NCBI RefSeq assembly: GCF_021378375.1 | Contig: NZ_CP076228.1 | Coordinates: 270,001 to 302,000 of the forward strand | Direction of reading: 5' to 3' | Origin: Wolbachia endosymbiont of Drosophila innubila | Lineage (GTDB): Bacteria > Pseudomonadota > Alphaproteobacteria > Rickettsiales > Anaplasmataceae | DNA: 32,000 bases | Shown: piece by piece, positions 8,626-17,061 of the stretch | Layout: each line of letters begins with the position of its first letter | Position numbering within the stretch: the stretch's first letter is position 1 | The notes under the pieces: generated by a model | Database searches by the model: none | Seen by the model: the letters and a program-made list of their open reading frames with translations, nothing else | Told to the model about the DNA's origin: nothing | Program-made: the position numbers and the translations under genes

Positions 8626-9731
8626 ACTTTACTATAGCTCAATAATGCTATGTCTAACATTCTCAGCGAAAAAGCCCACTCATTGTCATACCACGCTGCA
8701 ACCCTGCATATATCACCTGTAACATATGTACCAGTTAAATCCACAATTGCACTATAAGGGTTATGCACAAAATCTATTGAGACTAAAGGTTCCTCGCATA
8801 TAGAAAGTACATTTGACATTGGATAACCCTCTGTCATCCTAGTACCCTCTGATGTCATCCGAGTAGCTGACACTGGGATCCAGAAATTAGATTCCAGCGT
8901 CACGCGCTGGAATGACGTAGAGGAGAGAGCTGCATCCTTAAACATTTCATTGATTTCTTTAACGGTCGCTTTCTTATCAGTCGTAAATGTAAAATCAACC
9001 ATAGAAACATTGCTAACCGGAACTCTGACGGCAGTGCCATCTAGCTTGCCCTTTAATTCAGGAATTATAGAACCAATTGTTTTTGCTGCCCCGGTTGTAG
9101 TTGGCACCATAGATAATCCGCAAGCCCTTGCTCTACGCAAATCTTTATGATTACCATCAAGAACATTTTGATCATTCGTGTAGGCATGTATAGTAGTCAT
9201 AAAACCGCTTTTTATACCTAAACTGGAGTGTAGGACTTTCACAATCGGAGCAAGGCAATTTGTAGTGCAAGAACCTGCTGATATCACTTTATGCTCTTTT
9301 TCGAGCATATCGTCATTCACACCATAAACTATAGTGACATCAGCATCCGGAACTGGAGCAGAGACAATTACTTTCTCTGCATTGTGCCTTATTGCTTCTT
9401 CACGTTTATTGAATGCACCAGTACATTCAAGTATTACATCAACATTCCAAGGAATATTTTCAGGATTCCGTTCTCTATATAAAGAAAACTTTTTGCCATT
9501 TATAGAAATCCAATTTTGAGACTCATTAAAATCAATATCACCACTGAATTTGCCATGAACAGAATCATATTTAATCAAATGTGCATGCTGCTTTGCACTG
9601 AGCGATCCATTGACAGCTACAACTTCTATTTGTTTGCTATATTCTTCTATTTCGAAAATAGCACGCAATACGCCTCTGCCTATTCTACCCAGACCATTAA
9701 TTCCTACACGAATCGTCATCTCTTCATTCAA
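8622..9731 (-). CDS. gap: Glyceraldehyde-3-phosphate dehydrogenase with an in-frame palindromic-element insertion
   Basis: RVGINGLGRIGR, catalytic SAGSCTTNCLAP, NVSMVDFTF, YDNEWAFS. Probable start MTIRVG at 9719. Confidence 0.93.
   Translation of the reverse strand: MNEEMTIRVGINGLGRIGRGVLRAIFEIEEYSKQIEVVAVNGSLSAKQHAHLIKYDSVHGKFSGDIDFNESQNWISINGKKFSLYRERNPENIPWNVDVILECTGAFNKREEAIRHNAEKVIVSAPVPDADVTIVYGVNDDMLEKEHKVISAGSCTTNCLAPIVKVLHSSLGIKSGFMTTIHAYTNDQNVLDGNHKDLRRARACGLSMVPTTTGAAKTIGSIIPELKGKLDGTAVRVPVSNVSMVDFTFTTDKKATVKEINEMFKDAALSSTSFQRVTLESNFWIPVSATRMTSEGTRMTEGYPMSNVLSICEEPLVSIDFVHNPYSAIVDLTGTYVTGDICRVAAWYDNEWAFSLRMLDIALLSYSKV
8820..8927. repeat. Palindromic-element-like insertion inside gap (~36 codons)
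   Basis: LSSTSFQRVTLESNFWIPVSATRMTSEGTRMTEGYP interrupts conserved GAPDH sequence. DNA holds inverted GTCATCCGAGTAGCTGACACTGGGATCCAG / TTAGATTCCAGCGTCACGCGCTGGAATGAC. Edges approximate. Confidence 0.75.
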
Positions 9732-9830
9732 AAAATTTAATTATAGAGGATATCACTTGATATTTCATTTTATTCTTTTGCTTTTCTATCGATATGAACA
9801 TTATAGCAAGGAGACAGGGCTAAAAACTTG

Positions 9831-10290
9831 CTTGACAAACTCCGCCAGCTCCCCTATCATGAAACTGAAGCTATTGTATTTGCTTTCGCCAATCTGCAGA
9901 TTAAAAGGTAAGGATTACTTAATGTATCGGCGTCTTATGTTCAATTTTTTGCAGTATATAGATACTGTATGTCTTTACAAAACTTCATCTACATCTAGAT
10001 TTTTATCTAAATAAGCTGAACGCGCTTATAAAGCGTTACAAGACATCAAAAAATGCCAATACTCGACAGAGATAGTAAAAGACTAGCTAACTCGGGGATT
10101 CTTTTGTCTTTTTCTGCTTAGTAAACTTCTTAAACATTTGCAGCGTAAGTTAGTTGCAATTAAAAGCAGCTTAATCTTGCTTGTCAAGCGTTTAAAACAT
10201 AAAAAACGCCAATATTTTAAAGCGGATAATAACCCCAGGGCTTCTTTTGCCTTTTTTTTCATTTGGTAAATTTCTTAATGTTTATAGCTA
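9831..10290 (+). repeat. ~460-bp repeat copy A (inverted partner at 24874-25334)
   Basis: Near-identical to the reverse complement of 24874..25334, with a few substitutions/indels. Confidence 0.9.
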
Positions 10291-10320
10291 AAAGAGCCCA
10301 AGAGAGGTCAATGCCCCTGT

Positions 10321-10755
10321 GATGTCATTCCAGTGCTTGACACTGGAATCCAGCCTTTATTATGCAGCCACTTGGTTGAAATTAAGTCTTCTGGATCCCA
10401 GTGGGCTTTGTTGCATCGCTAGCTATGATGGATTAAAGATAAAAAAGATAGGGAATATCAGTAGCTTATTATTCTGGTATTTATAACAAGAACGGTCAAT
10501 GAATACCTAAATTTGAGTAAAAGAAATTTCACTACCATTTACCAATCCGGCTAAAATTCAAGAATTTCAATGCTTTAGCTATTTTCAATAGAATTAAATT
10601 TATTAATATAAATAACAAATTACTATTCTTAAATTTGATCAGATTGATTGCAAAAAAACAAGATTTTCAATAGGTTGCTTATAATCCTAACTATAGTTAG
10701 CCTTTCATAAGTAGCGATGCAACAAAGCCATCCCAGTGTCAAGCACTGGGATGAC
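10321..10755. repeat. Family 1 palindromic element interrupted by a transposon-like insertion
   Basis: Left arm 10321-10353; right arm CTGGATCCCAGTG (10391-10403) resumes as TCAAGCACTGGGATGAC (10739-10755) after the insertion. Confidence 0.85.
10404..10729. mobile_element. 326-bp non-autonomous transposon-like element (IS5/IS903-like MITE or internally deleted IS)
   Basis: 17-bp perfect terminal inverted repeats GGCTTTGTTGCATCGCT (10404-10420)/AGCGATGCAACAAAGCC (10713-10729); 9-bp direct duplication ATCCCAGTG at 10395-10403 and 10730-10738; no transposase ORF. Confidence 0.9.
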
Positions 10756-10970
10756 AAAAAAAGGAGGCTACTCGGATGACAGGAGAAGGTACTGCCGTCA
10801 TAAAGGAACCAGTTTCAGCTACTTTCATGACATCGTTGTAACATTGTACCATATTACAATTTAGCGTTTTTAGTAACTAAGAAAGTGCTTCCCCCTTTTA
10901 GAGCACTGCATATAATAGAATTATATGCAGTGCATTGCGAAACAAAATTCCCAATACTACAGGAGGCTTT

Positions 10971-11504
10971 ATGAATAAGAAATTTTTCTATTCACCATTG
11001 TCAATAAAAAGTATAGGAGAAAACGGTGTATTTTCTGGTTATGCGAGCGTTTTTAACATAGTTGATAAACAAAATGATCTGATATTGCCCGGAGCATTTA
11101 AGGAAAATTTAAACAGAAATAAAATAAAACTCCTTTGGCAGCATAATCCTGACGAACCTATAGGTAGTATCATAGATATTTATGAAAATGATGTTGGCCT
11201 GTATATAACCGCACATTTACTTTTGGGTATTCAGAAAGCAGAAGAAGTGTATTTGATGCTCAAAACTGGGGCAATTAACGGACTTTCCATCGGCTATATA
11301 CCTATAGAGTATGATGTTGATCATAAAAGTGGAGCTAGAGTGTTAAAACAAGTGGAATTATGGGAAGTCAGTTTGGTCACTTTTCCTGCAAACTTGGCTA
11401 CTCAGGTAATCAATGTGAAAAATCAGAACAATGAACAGGGAGTGTTAGCAAGAGCGATAGAAAAAGCAAATGCTGTACTTGCAGACATGTACATTTCTGC
11501 TTAA
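10971..11504 (+). CDS. HK97-family prohead protease, resembling GTA prohead protease (g4-like)
   Basis: SD AGGAGG just before ATG 10971. GVFSGYASVFNIVDKQNDLILPGAF, KLLWQHNPDEPIG, AINGLSIGY, QVELWEVSLVTFPAN. Confidence 0.88.
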   Translation: MNKKFFYSPLSIKSIGENGVFSGYASVFNIVDKQNDLILPGAFKENLNRNKIKLLWQHNPDEPIGSIIDIYENDVGLYITAHLLLGIQKAEEVYLMLKTGAINGLSIGYIPIEYDVDHKSGARVLKQVELWEVSLVTFPANLATQVINVKNQNNEQGVLARAIEKANAVLADMYISA

Positions 11505-11639
11505 AGTGTATTAGGCGGGCAAAGACTTTACCATAATTTGACACCTGCGTTAGTATTTGTTTAACATTTATACTAATATATATAACTTTATTACTATTAA
11601 AATTTTCTGTAAATTAAAGTTAAAAAATAAGGTAATTTT

Positions 11640-13415
11640 ATGCTAAATATTAATAATAAGGTTAATTATGAAATTAATATTAAGCGAAAGGAAAAAAAAT
11701 ACAGCTGGTCTACTGTATTTGCTTGGTTATATCTAAAAACGATTGGACGAATATTGCCCAAGAGATGGAATAGATGGGCAGAAAATATTTTGTACTACGA
11801 TAAAACTACTGCAAACAATGAAGTTCAAACTGATGCTTTTAAGACAATAGATGGAAGTGTTCAAGTTGACTTAAAACCTGAAGTTGTAGAGAAAGAGAGC
11901 CAAAGTGTAGTGATAAACAAAGATGGAGGGGTTCAGACTGATGGAGTAGCATTGATAACAGAGGAAGATGATGAAGCATTAGAAGAACAGCTGGAGGGCA
12001 TAAATTAGGAATTAGAACTTGAACGTTTACAAAATGCTTCCTTAAAAGAAGAAAATAGAGAATTACGATCTGCAATTGAAGGACTTGAAAAGAGTTATAA
12101 GGGACTTACAGAAGATGCAGGCGAACGAGAAGAGGAACTAACCAAATACAAACAAGATAAAAAAGCAATGCAGGATAAAGTTGATGAACAACAGAAAACT
12201 ATATTTGATCAATACATGATAATAAGAGAGCAAGGAGAAGAAATTGAAGCTACTAGGAAAGATAATGAAAGTCTGCAAGCACAAATAATAGAACTTAAGA
12301 GTAGGTTAAAGGACAAGGAGGATAAATTAATTGAATTGAATCAACAATGGCAAGCTAGCAAATTAGTGGCTTTACTTAAATCACAGACTGATAAATTGTG
12401 TCAGGCTAAAGACAAAAATACTGAATTAGAAAATAAAGTCAGTGACTTAGGTCATGAAAACAAAGCTCTACGATTAAGTGTGAATACATTGACTGCTCAA
12501 TTGGGTGAAATGGAGAACTTGGGGAAGCAATTACAAAGTGTTCAAGAATCTAAACAACAATTGGAGATTGATTTAGAAGGTCAATTGAAAGCTGACACTA
12601 AGAAACTACAGGAAGCAAAAGAAGGTCAATTGGCTAAAAAGGCAGGTGCAGTGAGTACAGTATCTACTGCAAAATCAACTCTTTCAAAATTACGAAACTT
12701 GCCCAATAAGCTTTCTAGGGATAAGGGTCTCAATAACTTTTTATCTGGGAAAAACGAGGAGTTAAAAAAAGGTTTTCCTGAATTTAAAGAGAAACACTTT
12801 TGCCATAACGTGCTTAATGAAACTATAAAGTCTCTATCAAATCAAGATGATGGCAAATTTGAAAGCAGTAAGCTGCTTGAATTATTAGAAAGTAATTTGA
12901 AACAATCCGCAAGGGAGATCATAGAAGCTAAGGTTAAAGAAGTTGTCAACGAACATTGTAACATTGGAAAAAATATGGGTAAAGAACTACGAGATGACAC
13001 GTTAAAAGCCAAGTGGTCACCTTCTGTTAGAAAATGCGTAAAAAAATTAGAATTTAACAAACAAGAAGGGGTAAATAAGATTGTAGACTCTATCTTGCAC
13101 AGCTTTAATAGCAAGAATAATAATAATAACGACTCAGGAGAATTGCTTAAAGAAATTGTTACAGGAAAATTAACAGAGGCTAAAATGAAATGTTTTTCAA
13201 ATAAGATTCAAGAGTTACAACTGGCATTAAGCATAAGAGATAAATTTTTATCTCCAGATCAGGAAATGTGTAATCAAACTCAAGGAGGAGTAAACGAATA
13301 TCAATTAACAGAAAAAGCTAAAAAAGAACATATACCTAATTCCTCTATGAGTTCCCCTAATATTGCAAGCATACATTCATTGAACAGTCAGAAAGCAGTT
13401 AGAATAGGTCCTTAG
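11640..13415 (+). pseudogene. Large coiled-coil protein gene interrupted by one in-frame TAG (12006-12008); annotated as ORFs 11640..12008 and 12168..13415
   Basis: Both ORFs lie in the same frame. Translation after the stop is open (ELELERLQNASLKEENRELRSAIEGLEKSYKGLTEDAGEREEELTKYKQDKKAM...) and continues the coiled coil. Confidence 0.75.
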
Positions 13416-14574
13416 CATAAAGCACCAGCTCCTCTTTTGTTAAAGTGTAGGAGCTATCTTCCCAATGTTGTTTTAGCAATTCCAAGTTTCTACCTAAACT
13501 TTTTCCTGGCTGGTGACCTATACTTATTAAATCATCGCCAGATAAAGGAAATTTTGGAATATTGAATGTGTTAGCAAATGAAATGTATTCATCAACATTT
13601 TCTCCAGACTCAACACCGCAAATTTTCACTAAATCACAATATAATTCTCTACCAAATAAAGATATGTATTTTTTTTGCTCTTTTTCTGAGAGTTCTGTTT
13701 TGATATCGTTGGATAGTAAAAATAGCAGCTTTTTCTTTTGCTTGTTCGAAAGACGTAAAAATTTGTTTACATATTCTCCAAGACTTAACCTGTCATTTTT
13801 TTTAGTAGCCCTAAGGAGTAACGCTAATTTTACTAGTGCATCAGTGCCCAAAAGAAGTGGCGAAGACAGAATTTCGCATTTTACTTCTTTTGGGATAATC
13901 TTTTGCAAAACATCAGATTCTTGCATGCTCTTAAGTGTTGGAAAAGGATCATTGCACTCCAGCAATTTAAGTATTTCATCTCTTATTCTCTCTCCAGAGA
14001 GGTTTTGGATCATATGCGAATGCTTTTTGCATACGCTTAGTATTTCATCACTCAAATCTCCGACACATATTTTTGCATGAAAACGAAAAGCTCTTAGAAT
14101 ACGTAGATAGTCTTCTTTAATTCTATCTTCAGCGTTGCCTATAAAGTTTAACCTTCGCGCTTTTAAGTCCTCTATACCACCAAAGTAGTCATATATATGG
14201 CCATGCTTATCTGCATACAGAGCATTAAATGTAAAGTCGCGCCTTGAAGCATCCGCTTGCCAATTATTGGTAAATTCTACTTTTGCATGCCTACCATCAC
14301 ATTTCACATCATGCCTTAGTGTCGTAATTTCAAAAGACCTCTGATTTAGAACCGCAGTGATAGTTCCATGTTTTAAGCCAGTTGGAATAGTTTTTATATT
14401 ACGGAGTTTTAGCGCTTTAATCGTTTGATTGGGAAGCAAATTAGTAGCTAAATCGATGTCGTGGACATCACGCTGCAAAATTGAGTCTCTCACACACCCG
14501 CCGACAAGCCTAGCCTCACCACCAAATTCCTCTATGGCATCAATAATTAAACTAGTCTCATGGTCAACTTGCAT
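13399..14574 (-). CDS. cca: CCA tRNA nucleotidyltransferase / poly(A) polymerase family protein
   Basis: ARLVGGCVRDSIL, DIDLAT, RRDFTFNAL, GGIEDL, RILRAFRFHA motifs. Confidence 0.9.
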   Translation of the reverse strand: MQVDHETSLIIDAIEEFGGEARLVGGCVRDSILQRDVHDIDLATNLLPNQTIKALKLRNIKTIPTGLKHGTITAVLNQRSFEITTLRHDVKCDGRHAKVEFTNNWQADASRRDFTFNALYADKHGHIYDYFGGIEDLKARRLNFIGNAEDRIKEDYLRILRAFRFHAKICVGDLSDEILSVCKKHSHMIQNLSGERIRDEILKLLECNDPFPTLKSMQESDVLQKIIPKEVKCEILSSPLLLGTDALVKLALLLRATKKNDRLSLGEYVNKFLRLSNKQKKKLLFLLSNDIKTELSEKEQKKYISLFGRELYCDLVKICGVESGENVDEYISFANTFNIPKFPLSGDDLISIGHQPGKSLGRNLELLKQHWEDSSYTLTKEELVLYAKDLF

Positions 14575-14649
14575 TTAGGTTAGTACGTACTGCAAGTTCA
14601 TATTATATGAAATGCTTGCAAAAGCCCTATATAAAAATATACAGGGCTA

Positions 14650-15582
14650 TTAAGATTTTACAAGTTGTGGTGCTCGTTGTTGATGAAATGGTTCTGCCAT
14701 CGATTCCGTACCACATCTTAGTAAACTTGAAGGGTTTTGCTGCTCTATGCGCTGCTTTATATCACTAACGCACTGCCCTACAACATCACCAATTTTTCCA
14801 TCAGCATTTTCTGCCAATAACTTATCAAATCCCTTTTCAATCTCTGCTCTCTCAGAGATATCCTTTGAAAGGTTACAATATTCTAAGATCTCGTCTAGCT
14901 GCAGTTTTTTTGCTAATAGGAAATCTTCTTGTTCTTGCTCTTGTTTAAGTTTGGTTTCCTCTTGCAGTTGTTTTGCTGAACTTTTATTTCTATCAAGCAA
15001 TGGTTCGAAATGCAATCCGCCTTTGTTTATTATATGCACAGTACTACTATCATCATAATCAACTTTATTGTATTCACCTGCACTTTTTGAACCTGAATTG
15101 TCTATTAATTCATGCAAAGACAGATCTTGGTTATCAACAGTCTGGTTCTCTATAACATGTAGCTTTACCTTATACTTTTCACAAAGTATTCTGCCTTCAA
15201 CGTCAGGATCACCCCACCTACTGTTACGCATAATGTCTGCTGTATAATCATCTACAGTTTCACTACGGTGCTGGCCATTGTTATCATGACTATTGACAAT
15301 TGCATTTGTAAACCACTTTGGTGGATTCTTTTGCGCAAATTCCCTACAATCATTTCTTAATTTTTCGGCAGTAACTTGCTCTCCTGTCTGTTGTTCTAGA
15401 CTTTGCCTGAACGAGTCAAAAAAACAGCTTCCATTACCAATTGCTTGTCCTACATAGAAATTGTCAGGGTAAGGGTTACTATTTAAAAGAGTTATTTCTT
15501 GCCCTGAGATCCTGGGCCTTTTTATTCCAACCTCAACATCATGAAAGTCACTTGGTAGTTTCCGTTTCTTAGCTGTAGTCAT
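14650..15582 (-). CDS. OTU-like cysteine protease (putative deubiquitinase effector)
   Basis: GNGSCFFDSF (Cys codon 15424-15426), WGDPDVEGRILCEKYKVKLHVIE, GGLHFEPLL (His codon 15010-15012). Confidence 0.82.
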   Translation of the reverse strand: MTTAKKRKLPSDFHDVEVGIKRPRISGQEITLLNSNPYPDNFYVGQAIGNGSCFFDSFRQSLEQQTGEQVTAEKLRNDCREFAQKNPPKWFTNAIVNSHDNNGQHRSETVDDYTADIMRNSRWGDPDVEGRILCEKYKVKLHVIENQTVDNQDLSLHELIDNSGSKSAGEYNKVDYDDSSTVHIINKGGLHFEPLLDRNKSSAKQLQEETKLKQEQEQEDFLLAKKLQLDEILEYCNLSKDISERAEIEKGFDKLLAENADGKIGDVVGQCVSDIKQRIEQQNPSSLLRCGTESMAEPFHQQRAPQLVKS

Positions 15583-15699
15583 AGTTTTACCTTAATTTAA
15601 GCTATATATTACTATACCAACAAAATTGTCAATAAGCGACTAATTAAGTATAGCAGAAATTTTTAAATTATGCAATAGTTATAATTTTACATAGCAAAT

Positions 15700-16794
15700 A
15701 TGAGTTTTAACTGCGGTATAGTTGGGTTACCAAACATAGGAAAATCAACCTTATTTAATGCGCTTACAGAGTCAAGTGCAGCCGAAGCTGCAAATTATCC
15801 TTTTTGCACAATCGAGCCAAATATAGGCAAGATTTCGATAAAAGATCAACGTTTGAAACAAATCGCAGCAATTGCAGGCTCAGAGAAGGTAATCTACAAC
15901 CAATTAGAAGTTGTAGATATTGCAGGTCTGGTAAAGGGTGCGAGCAAAGGCGAAGGGCTTGGCAATAAATTTTTAAGCCATATCAGAGAAGTTGATGCCA
16001 TCGTTCATCTGCTCAGGTGCTTTACGGATGACGATATCAGCCATATACACAGTAAAATAGATCCAATATCAGATGCTGAAGTGGTAGAAATGGAATTAAT
16101 CCTAGCTGATATTGATAGCATAGAAAAAAGGCTTCCTCAATTGGAAAAGAAAGCAAAGCAAGGTGATAAAGAGCTAAAGAGACAACTTGAATTAATGCAA
16201 GAGGTATTAGCTACTTTAAAATTAGGTAAACCTGCAAGAAGTTTGGAGAATATCAATGAAGATGAGATGAAGTTGCTTCAATTGCTGACAACAAAGCCCG
16301 TTATGTACGTTTGCAATGTTGAAGATACAAATGTTATAACTGGCAATGAATTATCTAAAAAGGTAGAGAGGATGGCGGAGGAAAATAAAAGCAAATTTTA
16401 TTGCATTTCAGCAAAACTCGAAGCAGATATTGCAAATCTTGATAGTGAAGAGGAAAAACAGAGTTTTTTATCAGAATTTGGCTTACAAGAATCAGGCCTT
16501 GATGGAGTAGCGCGTATTATGTATGAAGTGCTGAGTATGATAACTTTCTTTACTGTGGGCCCCAAAGAAGCACGTGCATGGCCAGTAAAAATAGGGTCAA
16601 CAGCCGATAAAGCAGCAGGTGTAATCCACACTGATTTTGAGAAAGGCTTTATAAAAGCAGAGACAATAAGCTTTGCAGACTACATAAAGTATGGAAGTGA
16701 ATCAGCTTGCAAAGACGCAGGAAAAATTCGCTTTGAAGGCAGAGATTATATCGTGCAAGATGGCGATATAATGCACTTTAGGTTTAATGTGTAG
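15700..16794 (+). CDS. ychF: Redox-regulated ATPase/GTPase YchF (Obg family)
   Basis: GIVGLPNIGKSTLFNALT, DIAGLVKGASKGEGLGNKFLSHIREVDAI, C-terminal TGS-like domain GYI-type region ending RDYIVQDGDIMHFRFNV. Confidence 0.96.
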   Translation: MSFNCGIVGLPNIGKSTLFNALTESSAAEAANYPFCTIEPNIGKISIKDQRLKQIAAIAGSEKVIYNQLEVVDIAGLVKGASKGEGLGNKFLSHIREVDAIVHLLRCFTDDDISHIHSKIDPISDAEVVEMELILADIDSIEKRLPQLEKKAKQGDKELKRQLELMQEVLATLKLGKPARSLENINEDEMKLLQLLTTKPVMYVCNVEDTNVITGNELSKKVERMAEENKSKFYCISAKLEADIANLDSEEEKQSFLSEFGLQESGLDGVARIMYEVLSMITFFTVGPKEARAWPVKIGSTADKAAGVIHTDFEKGFIKAETISFADYIKYGSESACKDAGKIRFEGRDYIVQDGDIMHFRFNV

Positions 16795-16795
16795 T

Positions 16796-16863
16796 TTATT
16801 ATGCAGCCACTTATTTAAAGTTAAGTTTTCTGGATCCCAGTGTCTGGGCACTGGGATGACATC
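16796..16863. repeat. Partial family 1 palindromic element directly after the ychF stop
   Basis: TTATTATGCAGCCACTT...AAGTTAAGT.TTCTGGATCCCAGTGTCTGGGCACTGGGATGACATC matches the loop plus right arm of the 10321 copy. Confidence 0.8.
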
Positions 16864-17061
16864 CTCCCTAGCGGAGATTGCTCTCAAACCACAATGTTCG
16901 TACAGTAAGCACTGACCACTTTGCTTCAATATTTGCGATGCCCCTGAACAGATACAAAAAATCTATTGTTTTTTTATAAATTAAATCCTAAGGCATTTTT
17001 TACTGTAGATTAATCATTTGATTATAGTATCATTTTAATTAAGCTTATGCTTGGGATATTT

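Noticed and set aside
9610-10014. 134-aa plus-strand ORF spanning the gap 5' end and the 460-bp repeat
   Set aside because: Antisense to gap for much of its length, then running into the repeat; the C-terminal similarity to ORF 25151..25333 comes only from the shared repeat.
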